In this document: piece by piece, positions 53,981 through 64,000 of the stretch | Numbering within the stretch: the stretch's first letter is position 1 | How the letters are laid out: each line of letters begins with the position of its first letter | Source of the DNA: Stegostoma tigrinum | Taxonomy: Eukaryota | Length of the DNA stretch: 64,000 nt | NCBI RefSeq assembly: GCF_030684315.1 | Contig: NC_081390.1 | Coordinates: 21,951,291-22,015,290, forward strand | Direction: 5' to 3' | Position numbers and translations under genes: made by a program | The notes under the pieces: generated by a model | Databases searched by the model: none | The model's input: the letters and a program-made list of their open reading frames with translations, nothing else | Told to the model about the DNA's origin: nothing

Positions 53981-55223
53981 TGAAATGTGACATTTTCACA
54001 GCAAAAATCTGGAAGAAGAAACTGGCCTAACAGTGACATATAACCACTCTCAATGTACAGACAGTTAGATCTCCAGCATCCTGCAACAATGCCTGCTATC
54101 CCAACTTAGTTTGGCCTCTAAACCCACAGCAAAGTGGTTGACTCTTCGGGCAGGCACAAAATGCTGGCTTAGCCAGTGATGCCTACATTCAATGAACTAA
54201 TTTAAAACTCCTTATATTAATTTCTAGCATTGCTCGCCTCTCCTGTGCATTAACCTTACCAAACATGCTCATTGTTTTAAAACCGCTGACACGAAACTTG
54301 CCCATTCAATATGTTTGGAGAGGTACATCCTCTCTCTGTTTTGTTCTATCTTATTGCAAACTTATTGTACCTTCCCAAAGGCTTCTGTGTCTTTCAACAA
54401 CGTAGGTATAAATGTCTTCTGCAATGACAAGACTATCATTCTGCAGGCAGGCATTAGGACCTGGGGAGGGAGGGTCCTGCCAGGGAAGTACAAATACCTG
54501 TGACAGATTGGTCAAGCCAATGTGTTTGAAAAGCTCTTGCGATCACAGCAATGTCTGGAATGCAATCAAGTGCAGATGCCATTGGAAAATGTCTGGCTCT
54601 GATTCTCAAACATTAGGTGACGCATCCTTTAACATCTCATTCAATGTAGTAGCTTGTCAGAGTCAGCACACAAGCTTTGTTCCACCCTTCAAGGAAGCTG
54701 GTGAGCTCCACACTGCAACGTGCATCACCATAGAATTGTTTCAGCGCACAATGAGGCCATTCGGCCCATTGTTCCTAACTTTAACCTGAAATAAATCTCT
54801 TGCCTTTTCCCTATATCCCTACGCACCACTCCTATCCAAATAATCACTCAATACCCTTTGGAATGCCTCAATCATTGGCAAGTGGTGAAGAAGTCGGGGT
54901 CAAGATAGAAAACAGACAACTTTGGATGACAACCTTAAATAGACTGAGAAAGAACAAGCTCTGATCAGAACATCAAACTGAAACATGAACTCTTGTTCTT
55001 CTGTCCACATATGCTGCTTGCTCAGTACTTCCAGGAAACATTATTCAGGACTCAACCCCTTCAAAAAAATCCTCGAACAGGAGCCACGGAAGATAAAATG
55101 AGATGGAGGGTTGGCACTGTATTCCTTTAATGAGTTCTTAATTGTTTCCCCAGTATTAACGAATAGGACATGTTCCTTTACAGTACGAGATGTCCTGTGT
55201 AGATCAACATCTACTATACAGTA

Positions 55224-55531
55224 TAACCAAGTATGAAGCTGGATGAACACAGCAGGCCTAGCAGCATCTCAGGAGCACAAAAGCTGACGTTTCGGGCCTA
55301 GACCCTTCAACTGTCCCACTGTAACTCTCTTGTAGTCTCCATCTTTGGTCCACCTCCCCCTCTCTCCCTATTTATTCCAGAACCCTCTCCCCATCCCCCT
55401 CTCTGATGAAGGGTCTAGGCCCGAAACGTCAGCTTTTGTGCTCCCGAGATGCTGCTTGGCCTGCTGTGTTCATCCAGCTTCACACTTGGTTATCTTGGAT
55501 TCTCCAGCATCTGCAGTTCCCATTATCTCTG
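55224..55531 (+). mobile_element. Penelope-end hairpin insertion with intact hammerhead (55403-55432) and 15-bp target-site duplication
   Basis: Inverted arms at about 55224-55309 and 55407-55495. Flanking direct repeat ATCTACTATACAGTA at 55209-55223 and 55532-55546. Confidence 0.88.
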
Positions 55532-56169
55532 ATCTACTATACAGTAAGTGACATGTAAACAGGACCCTCTGTAGGTCACAATGGACCATGCTTTTTAATG
55601 TAAGTTAGTAGAACTCAACTGTGTTCTGACAGTGGCAGGAAACATTTCCAACTAAGTCAGTAAACGGATCATTTATAGTGTGTTACACATTGGTGATCAA
55701 CAGGAATGTGAAGACATGGTCTCAGTGAGTGACAGTAGACTCAAGAGGCCAAATGGACCACTCCTGCTCCCAATTTGCACAATCATACATCCCAATCTCT
55801 TTAGTGTCTTAAACATTTGCTCTCTCCATCCTCTTAGGACATGAAATCTTGCTCATTATCCTTATAAATATTTTAAGCAATATCATGACAGTTTGCCTGT
55901 CCTACACATTCACTTTACAATGCTTTATTAATATTTAAGTGAATGTGCATTAGTTGAAGCTGTCAGTTACTGTCTTATTTCCCGCTGCACAACATAAATA
56001 ACCTGAAAGATACCCAGCTGGAAGGCAATCAGCATATGGCAGTACACCCAAGTTGCCTGAAAAGAAAATTACATGATGACAACTACCTTATCTATTTTCC
56101 TGATTTAGAATGATTCCCAAAGGATGGTAAGTACTGCAGCTGAATAGGAGTAAACTGAAAACTTGTTGC

Positions 56170-56650
56170 AATGCAGAAAAAGGCCATTCAGCCCACCGTG
56201 TCTGCCCAATCAAATCAAACAAAATTCAAATGAGCATTATAATTCAGCCCCACTGTTCTCCTGCCTCCAAGTCCCACCCGCATGGACTCCTAAACTGCTT
56301 CTACTTAGATAATCCAATGACTTCTAAATTTTTCCTCAATTGAACCTGCGTCCAAAGCACTCCCAGGTAGTTACAAGCAGACTGGTGACCAACTTTGCAT
56401 GATGTACTTTTTTCTTAGCTCACATTTGTTTCTTCTGCAAATCACTTCCAATCTCCGAGCACTGGTTCTTGATCCTTTTTACAAATGGGAATAGTTTCTC
56501 CCTGTCTACTTTACCCAGACCCCTCATGAATTTGAAAACTTTCCATCAGATCGCCTCTCAGCTTTCTTCTCTCCAAGGAAAAAAACAGTCCCAACCTCTG
56601 CAACTACCCTCATAACTGAGATTTCACATCCCTGGCACAATTCTTGTAAA
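56170..56650 (-). mobile_element. CR1 LINE 3' end
   Basis: TCTCCAAGGAAAAAAACAGTCCCAACC is the reverse of LGLFFLGE..AERRSD; tail GGCCATTCAGCCC. Confidence 0.72.
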
Positions 56651-58315
56651 CATAACACATCCAATGATAATACCACTATGCCACTGCCTGCCCCAAATAT
56701 AAATATAATGGTCTTATTCACTAAATTTCTAGGAACTAACCATACTTCCACCATTTTCACGTGTTCACAATATTCATTTCAATCAAAAGAAAAGCAGTAT
56801 CCAAACTGCCCTGTCTTGGCTCTCGAGACTCCATGTAGAGGTGGCAGAAAACATGTACAAATTGTTAAGGACTGTGGTAATGCAGTTTCCATGCACTGGG
56901 AACAACGTACTGGAAACAAGGCTCCAGGATGGTATTTACAACACTTCTGCCATGAGGTAATTGGAACAAGGGATTTCAAGGGAATATCAGTTTGGAGAAT
57001 TGTGGAAGTAATAGGAACAGTTGGTTTCTATTTAACATCTAAAGTGCATGTAATGGCTAAATTAGTCATCCAACATGTGACATGAACAGATGCAGGTCTA
57101 GGAGCAATGACAGGCAACTAAGTATAAATCATTCACAACTTTGCTCAGGAATCCTTGGACTGGGCATAAAGTGCTCACGTGCCAATCATAAACACACTCC
57201 CAACTGTACAGTTGCCGCAACAGCATCCAACATTTTGATACTACTTCCACAGGAGAAAAAAGACAGATTGCCTTCCCCTCTCCCAATGTGTCGCTTTTGT
57301 TTAAGGGTACAGTTTCACAAGCAGCGACACCCTGAATCATCTTGACAGTGCACCAGCTTTACAGCTGAGCAGGCCATATATACAACGTGCACCATGAGCA
57401 GGGAACCAAGGAATTCCAGCTTGCAAACTCTGCTGCCAAGTCATTTCAATGCTATTCGCTTTGGTATTTGTTGCAGCACAACAGCCGTGTATCTTTCAAG
57501 TCAGGTGTTAGGCAGTCCTGCAGCGGTTCCCCGGTCTCCTTCCTGCTTATCGCATGCTTCTCCCTCTCCAGCTCCCAGCCCTGTAAAGTGAAATCACTTT
57601 CCCCACCCACTTTTAATTCAAATTGTTCCTTGATATTCTCTCTTGAAAAAAGAAATCAAAACTTTTCATCACCATTCACCCAGGACTTGCCACATCCTGG
57701 GAAATTTTGGCAGACATTAGGTGCTTCGTAAAGAGACGCTTTCCATCCAGGGCAAGCCCCAGGGAGGAACTACATCCTTGGGGGAAGGGGTTGTAGACTA
57801 ACTGCTACTGTTCCCTTGTTCATTCTGAAAGGGCATAGGTCCCAGTGCAACAGAGCAGGTTCCATCCTCTCCTGAGTCAAGGGGTCACTGCTGCAGCTGA
57901 TGTGACAGCAAGTCACCCGAGGGTGGGAGAAGAGCAATGGGGGGGGGGGGGAGAAAGACAAGGAAACCCTTCAGGGTGGGAGGTGGCGGGGAGAGAAAGA
58001 GAAATAATGCACCCAAAAAAATTGGGGAGGAATAGGAAATCCCTCTAAAGATACTGCATTGCTCCCGATGGAGAACTAATCCCAAACCCAACAGTAGGGT
58101 GTGGAGAGAGTAAACAATCTTCTCCACCGAACCCCCTAAAGTTAGGAGTGGGCACAGGATGGGAAATCCTTCAAAAGATGCTGGGACACCAGCACAAAAG
58201 TGAGGAGTAAAGAGAGTACTCTCCGCACCTAGCCAAGGTGGGCGGGGACATTCAGGGTGCTCAGTAACTGGGTGGGAGACAGACCCCCCCGGCTCATTCC
58301 CGGAAGCTCACTCAC

Positions 58316-58429
58316 CGTCCGCTGCTGTCGCTGCCTGCTGACGCCCAGCCCGTTGAAGCTGCTCGCAGCTGCCGCCGTCCGGGTGCTGCCCAGGGCGGCG
58401 GAGAGCAGCGCCCTTGCCGCAGTCGCCAT
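58316..58429 (-). CDS. MCU: MCU (mitochondrial calcium uniporter) coding exon 1, mitochondrial targeting peptide
   Basis: The ATG at 58429 has a good Kozak context (ggcgATGG). 114 nt encode MATAARALLSAALGSTRTAAAASSFNGLGVSRQRQQRT, followed by a canonical phase-0 donor ACG|GTGAGT. The C-terminal part matches the end of human MCU exon 1 as recalled (FPGLGVSRHRQQQHHRT). The peptide is Arg/Ala/Ser-rich with no acidic residues, like a presequence, and lies in a CpG island. Confidence 0.9.
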
Positions 58430-58760
58430 CGCCGAGAACGTGGATCCCAACCAGCGCCCGGGGAAGAAGGGGATGGGGAGGGGGGGATGGAGGGGAGAGA
58501 TAGGGGTTTACTCCGTGTCTCTCTCGTTCCGCAGCAGCAGCCGCCGCGGCAGTGGAAGGACCGGGAGGCGAGGCACGAGACACAACGCCCAATCAGATTG
58601 CGAGGGCGGGTCTCCCAGATGTCATTCAATTGATCACACCTATCAGAGGCGGTATACCGCGCCAGAAGCGTGACCTAAACCGTCCCCTCACCCAATGGCC
58701 GGTGTTGAGTGGCTCGTTGTATCCACATATTCACCAATCAGAACCAGCCCCAAGTGGCTA
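58430..58760 (-). promoter_or_regulatory. MCU: MCU 5' UTR and TATA-less CpG promoter
   Basis: CpG-rich region with three CCAAT boxes (58589-58593, 58692-58696, 58734-58738) and a GC box GGGCGGG (58604-58610) upstream of the exon. Confidence 0.7.
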
Positions 58761-58954
58761 CAACCTGGAACTGCTGAGGTTGATTCACTTTTTCCCCATC
58801 TCTGTTTTGTTGCCGTTTTTAATGAGTTTGTTCCTTTTGTTTAAAAAAACGAATTCAAATGCACAACAAACATTGCAGTCAGTTTGCTTCCTATAAGATA
58901 TATAACTCCATCAGTCATCTCTTCAATTAAAAGTAAACTATCTCCAATGTATAT

Positions 58955-60180
58955 AGAAACGCTGAGCGTTTAGTCATTGATGGAGAAACTCAGCAGATTT
59001 GAAAGCAGTTTGAAAGCACAAGGATCACTAGAATCGAAACATTAATTCTGCTTTCACTCTCCACAAATGCTGTCAGACTTGCAGAGTTTCTCCAGCGAGT
59101 AACATTTTTTGGCGCTATGTTCGTGGGTGTTTTATCTTTCGGAACCTGCACCCCCACGACAAGCTCGAAAGAATGGAGGTGAAATAAATAATATTAGAAT
59201 GGTTCCACTCTACTGACGACGTTACCAGATCGGCTGAGTTTGCCAACATTTTCTCTTTTTATCACATCCGCTCATTAACGGTGTCGGGCATGGCCGGGAC
59301 AGCTGCGTCGGAAATCCGCACCATTTATTTAAACGTTATGTACATTTCCTATTATTAAAAGTTTTCAGTATACTTCAGTAAAATATCCAAAAGCGCTAAT
59401 TCTAACTTTTTATTTCTAATTATAGTGAGTTTTATTTATTCACCGATTCCTTTTCAGAGGTGGTTCTTCCCCAAATTGTCAGACTCTAGTCTGCTTTGGG
59501 GATGTCTCATTCAGTCAATATCACAGAATCAGATTGTATGGACATTATCACCTTGTTCACCAGATTCATAAACCGGGGTGGAGTGCCTGTGATACCGTCC
59601 CAGCCGCAACAGTGTGATCTTTGTTGAACCCTGAGGCAAGGTGATAAGGAATAATTGTCACTGCACCCCATAAGTAATTGTCTATGAAGCAACCTGGATG
59701 TCTCGAGGATGTTATAAAACAAAATATAACTACAAGCGGAGAAAATGTTAAGGTTCTACTCCTGAAATAATAGTTTACTTTCAAAGATCAACTAACATGC
59801 TGTTATTTTCTGACATTGCAGTATTTTGCCCTAAACCCAAGTTCGTTGCTCAGTCTCATCAAAACCAGTGAAACCGGGAAGAATGATGAACAAACAATTC
59901 TACATTTTATAACAACACTTGAATAATTTAAAAACTGAATATATGTATACATTTTAACCCAAAATTAAAATAATACAGGTGCTGAAATCAAATTTCTGAA
60001 ATATTCGGCAGGTCATAGAGCATCTGAGGGAGAGAGAGAGACAGAGTAAGGGTTCCTGGTAAGCAGAAATCTGCGGCTGCTAGAAATCTGAAATTAAAAC
60101 AGTAAATGCTGAAGATACTCATTAGGCTTTGAAACAATCATTGGAAAAAGAAACAGAATGGAGCTTTCAGAGCTATGGTC
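58955..60180. repeat. Cluster of degraded Penelope-end fragments between the two promoters (about 58955-59100, 59190-59265, 59960-60180)
   Basis: Motifs GGAGAAACTCAGCAG, CGAAACATTAATTCTG and GCTAGAAATCTGAAATTAAAACAG are shared with the second tail family. Confidence 0.55.
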
Positions 60181-60319
60181 GGTCAATAGAACAGGACAAG
60201 TGAGTGAGATCACACCTGTTCGTGGTCTGCCCATGACCTTGCACTTGGTCTAGACCGTAGCCCTGCAAGGATACACCGAGTGAAGCAGCTCCCAATTTCA
60301 ACTTTTGCTTCCTTGTATC

Positions 60320-60400
60320 AGCGCGCGGATTGGGCGTGGTCTGCGTACGGCCTTACGCAATGACGTCTGGGAGGGCGTGGCTTCGGTTGGAGGTGGCTCG
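60320..60400 (+). promoter_or_regulatory. Second, divergent CpG-island promoter (probably MICU1)
   Basis: Contains ATTGG (60329-60333), two Sp/KLF GGGCGTGG sites (60332-60339, 60373-60380), and a C/EBP-like TTACGCAA (60353-60360) abutting a CRE-like TGACGTCT (60361-60368). CpG density is high. The gene identity rests on vertebrate MCU-MICU1 head-to-head synteny only. Confidence 0.6.
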
Positions 60401-60576
60401 CAGGGTTGGAGGCAGCCCGTCAGCCCGAAGCACGGAAACGGTGTGAGACCAGAGGTAGGGCCGGCTGTATGTCACCTGTCGTTGGGCGAATGGGCCGCTT
60501 CCTCCTTTTGGATCCATTGGTCGGTTGCGGACGGAGTCCGGGCCACTCAACTGTCGGGAGGGGACCCGTCGTCAGG
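60400..60576 (+). other. Candidate non-coding first exon of the divergent gene (probably MICU1 5' UTR); start approximate
   Basis: CpG-rich segment ending in the donor-like CAGG|GTAATG (GT at 60577), followed by G-runs. Human MICU1 exon 1 is non-coding. Confidence 0.45.
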
Positions 60577-60596
60577 GTAATGGGGGACTGGGAGCA

Positions 60597-62760
60597 TCCA
60601 TGGTGACTGGGACTGGGAGTGGGAGTGGTGCCACCATGGGGACTGGGACTGGGACTGGGATTGGGATTGGGATTGGGATTGGGACTGGGACTGGTGCCAC
60701 CATGGGGATTGGGACTGGGACTGGGATTGGGACTGGGAGTGGGAGTGGGAGTGGTGCCACCATGGGGACTGGGACTGGGACTGGGACTGGGACTGGGATT
60801 GGGATTGGGATTGGGATTGGGATTGGGACTGGGACTGGTGCCACCATGGGGATTGGGACCGGGACCGGGACTGGTGCCACCATGGGGATTGGGACCGGGA
60901 CCGGGACTGGCGCCACCATGGGGATTGGGACCGGGACCGGGACTGGCGCCACCATGGGGATTGGGACCGGGACCGGGACTGGCGCCACCATGGGGATTGG
61001 GACCGGGACCGGGACTGGCGCCACCATGGGGATTGGGACCGGGACCGGGACTGGCGCCACCATGGGGATTGGGACCGGGACCGGGACTGGCGCCTCCATG
61101 GGGATTGGGACCGGGACCGGGACTGGCGCCACCATGGGGATTGGGACTGGGACTGGGACTGGGACTGGCGCCACCATGGGGATTGGGACTGGGACTGGGA
61201 CTGGTGCCACCATGGGGATTGGGACTGGGACTGGGACTGGTGCCACCATGGGGATTGGGACTGGGACTGGGACTGGTGCCACCATGGGGACTGGGAGTGG
61301 GAGCGGTGCCACCATGGGGACTGGGAGTGGGAGCGGTACCACCATGGGGACTGGAAGTGGGAGTGGGACTGGTGCCACCATGGGGATTGGGACTGGGACT
61401 GGGACTGGTGCCACCATGGGGATTGGGACTGGGACTGGTGCCACCATGGGGACTGGGACTGGGAGCGGTGCCACCATGGGGACTGGGAGTGGGAGCGGTA
61501 CCACCATGGGGACTGGAAGTGGGAGTGGGACTGGTGCCACCATGGGGATTGGGACTGGGACCGGGACTGGTGCCACCATGGGGATTGGGACTGGGACTGG
61601 GACTGGTGCCACCATGGGGACTGGGACTGGGAGCGGTGCCACCATGGGGACTGGGAGTGGGAGCGGTACCACCGTGGGGACTGGAAGTGGGAGTGGGACT
61701 GGTGCCACCATGGGGATTGGGACTGGGACTGGGACTGGTGCCACCATGGGGATTGGGACTGGGACTGGTGCCACCATGGGGACTGGGAGTGGGAGCGGTA
61801 CCACCATGGGGACTGGAAGTGGGAGTGGGACTGGTGCCACCATGGGGATTGGGACTGGGACCGGGACTGGTGCCACCATGGGGATTGGGACTGGGACCGG
61901 GACTGGTGCCACCATGGGGATTGGGACCGGGACTGGTGCCACCATGGGGATTGGGACTGGGACTGGTGCCACCATGGGGATTGGGACTGGGACTGGGACT
62001 GGTGCCACCATGGGGATTGGGACTGGGACTGGGACTGGTGTCACCATGGGGATTGGGACTGGGACTGGGACTGGTGCCACCATGGGGATTGGGACTGGGA
62101 CTGGTGCCACCATGGGGACTGGGAGTGGGAGCGGTACCACCATGGGGACTGGAAGTGGGAGTGGGACTGGTGCCACCATGGGGATTGGGACTGGGACCGG
62201 GACTGGTGCCACCATGGGGATTGGGACTGGGACCGGGACTGGTGCCACCATGGGGATTGGGACCGGGACTGGTGCCACCATGGGGATTGGGACTGGGACT
62301 GGTGCCACCATGGGGATTGGGACTGGGACTGGGACTGGTGCCACCATGGGGATTGGGACTGGGACTGGGACTGGTGTCACCATGGGGATTGGGACTGGGA
62401 CTGGGACTGGTGCCACCATGGGGATTGGGACTGGGACTGGGACTGGTGCCACCATGGGGATTGGGACTGGGACTGGGACTGGTGCCACCATGGGGATTGG
62501 GACTGGGACTGGGACTGGTGCCACCATGGGGATTGGGACTGGGACTGGGACTGGTGCCACCATGGGGATTGGGACTGGGACTGGGACTGGTGCCACCATG
62601 GGGATTGGGACTGGGACTGGTGCCACCATGGGGACTGGGAGTGGGAGCGGTACCACCATGGGGACTGGAAGTGGGAGTGGGACTGGTGCCACCATGGGGA
62701 TTGGGACTGGGACTGGGACTGGTGCCACCATGGGGACTGGGACTGGGACTGGGAGTGGGA
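60597..62760 (+). repeat. G-rich minisatellite, domain A: GGTGCCACCATG(GGGAYY/GGGAGY)n, units mostly 30-42 bp
   Basis: Directly visible tandem array of GGGACT/GGGATT/GGGACC/GGGAGT hexamers punctuated by GCCACCATGG. Unit lengths are multiples of 6. Confidence 0.97.
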
Positions 62761-64000
62761 GCGGGAGCAACCATGGGGACTGGGACTGGGACTGGGACTG
62801 GGAGTGGGAGCGGGAGCAACCATGGGGACTGGGACTGGGAGTGGGAGCGGGAGCAACCATGGGGACTGGGACTGGGAGTGGGAGCGGGAGCAACCATGGG
62901 GACTGGGACTTGGAGTGGGAGCGGGAGCAACCATGGGGACTGGGACTGGGAGTGGGAGCGGGAGCAACCATGGGGACTGGGACTGGGAGCGGGAGCAACC
63001 ATGGGGACTGGGACTGGGAGTGGGAGCGGGAGCAACCATGGGGACTGGGACTGGGAGTGGGAGCGGGAGCAACCATGGGGACTGGGACTGGGAGTGGGAG
63101 CGGGAGCAACAATGGGGACTGGGACTGGGAGTGGGAGCGGGAGCAACCATGGGGACTGGGACTGGGAGTGGGAGCGGGAGCAACCATGGGGACTGGGACT
63201 GGGAGTGGGAGCGGGAGCAACCATGGGGACTGGGACTGGGAGTGGGAGCGGGAGCAACCATGGGGACTGGGACTGGGAGTGGGAGCGGGAGCAACCATGG
63301 GGACTGGGACTGGGAGTGGGAGCGGGAGCAACCATGGGGACTGGGACTGGGAGTGGGAGCGGGAGCAACCATGGGGACTGGGACTGGGAGTGGGAGCGGG
63401 AGCAACCATGGGGACTGGGACTGGGAGTGGGAGCGGGAGCAACCATGGGGACTGGGACTGGGAGTGGGAGCGGGAGCAACCATGGGGACTGGGACTGGGA
63501 GTGGGAGCGGGAGCAACCATGGGGACTGGGACTGGGAGTGGGAGCGGGAGCAACCATGGGGACTGGGACTGGGAGTGGGAGCGGGAGCAACCATGGGGAC
63601 TGGGACTGGGAGTGGGAGCGGGAGCAACCATGGGGACTGGGACTGGGACTGGGAGTGGGAGCGGGAGCAACCATGGGGACTGGGACTGGGACTGGGAGTG
63701 GGAGCGGGAGCAACCATGGGGACTGGGACTGGGAGTGGGAGCGGGAGCAACCATGGGGACTGGGACTGGGAGTGGGAGCGGGAGCAACCATGGGGACTGG
63801 GACTGGGAGTGGGAGCGGGAGCAACCATGGGGACTGGGACTGGGAGTGGGAGCGGTGCCACCATGGGGACTGGGACTGGGAGTGGGAGCGGGAGCAACCA
63901 TGGGGACTGGGACTGGGAGTGGGAGCGGGAGCAACCATGGGGACTGGGACTGGGAGTGGGAGCGGGAGCAACCATGGGGACTGGGACTGGGAGTGGGAGC
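62761..64000 (+). repeat. G-rich minisatellite, domain B: 37-bp unit GGGAGCAACCATGGGGACTGGGACTGGGAGTGGGAGC (runs off window end)
   Basis: Highly homogeneous 37-bp tandem units with occasional +/-6 bp variants. Confidence 0.97.

Larger units (their letters stand above)
1..58315 (-). other. MCU: MCU intron 1 (partial; continues beyond window start)
   Basis: Begins at the GT donor at 58315. The region is repeat-dense and I found no MCU exon 2/3-like sequence (WQ..GAVYCST..PSD; DVTVVYQNGLPVISV). A very long first intron is typical of MCU. Confidence 0.75.

Noticed and set aside
58316-58429. Alternative identities SUCLA2 or PCCA for the presequence exon
   Set aside because: The GLGVSR.RQQ.RT ending and phase-0 donor match MCU exon 1 specifically, and no exons of those genes were found.
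58229-58450. 73-aa single-exon ORF MGSTFSAMATAA...
   Set aside because: It starts at TTG and reads through the splice donor. The real coding part is 58429-58316.
60650-60830. (GGGATT)n as telomeric or interstitial telomere repeat
   Set aside because: GGGATT is the reverse, not a rotation or reverse complement, of TTAGGG. No TTAGGG arrays are present.
60900-61140. Tandem CTCF sites (CCCCATGGTGGCGC on the minus strand)
   Set aside because: Three mismatches to the core CCACCAGGTGGCGC, including a conserved A. Not supportable without a PWM scan or ChIP data.
60420-63975. 1183, 1120 and 532 aa Pro-rich ORFs on the minus strand
   Set aside because: They are by-products of a stop-poor tandem repeat. 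All frames are open with repeat-unit periodicity and no domain, splice or promoter support.
60597-64000. CRISPR-like array (constant CCACCATGGGGA with variable intervals)
   Set aside because: The intervals are hexamer repeats rather than unique spacers, the context is vertebrate, and there are no cas genes.

Overview
Eukaryotic (vertebrate) DNA. The repeat complement (HE1-type V-SINEs, Deu-type SINE remnants, CR1 LINEs, Penelope-like elements) points to a shark or other elasmobranch; this is inference. The only host coding sequence I can support is exon 1 of MCU (mitochondrial calcium uniporter) on the minus strand at 58316-58429, with a CCAAT/GC-box promoter. Positions 1-58315 are therefore most likely MCU intron 1, and I found no convincing exon 2. 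About 1.6-2 kb upstream is a second, divergent CpG promoter with a candidate non-coding exon ending at 60576. By vertebrate synteny this is probably MICU1. It is followed directly by a >3.4 kb G-rich compound minisatellite, with G-quadruplex motifs and a perfect Kozak ATG in nearly every unit of its first domain. The intron is dense in retroelements. It holds one decayed RT+GIY-YIG Penelope-like element and many short hairpin-shaped Penelope-end insertions that carry minimal hammerhead ribozyme motifs and have 10-15 bp target duplications. Most ORFs in the supplied track are spurious or repeat-derived. I see no evidence of a prokaryotic-type novel system. Repeat boundaries were read by eye and are approximate.
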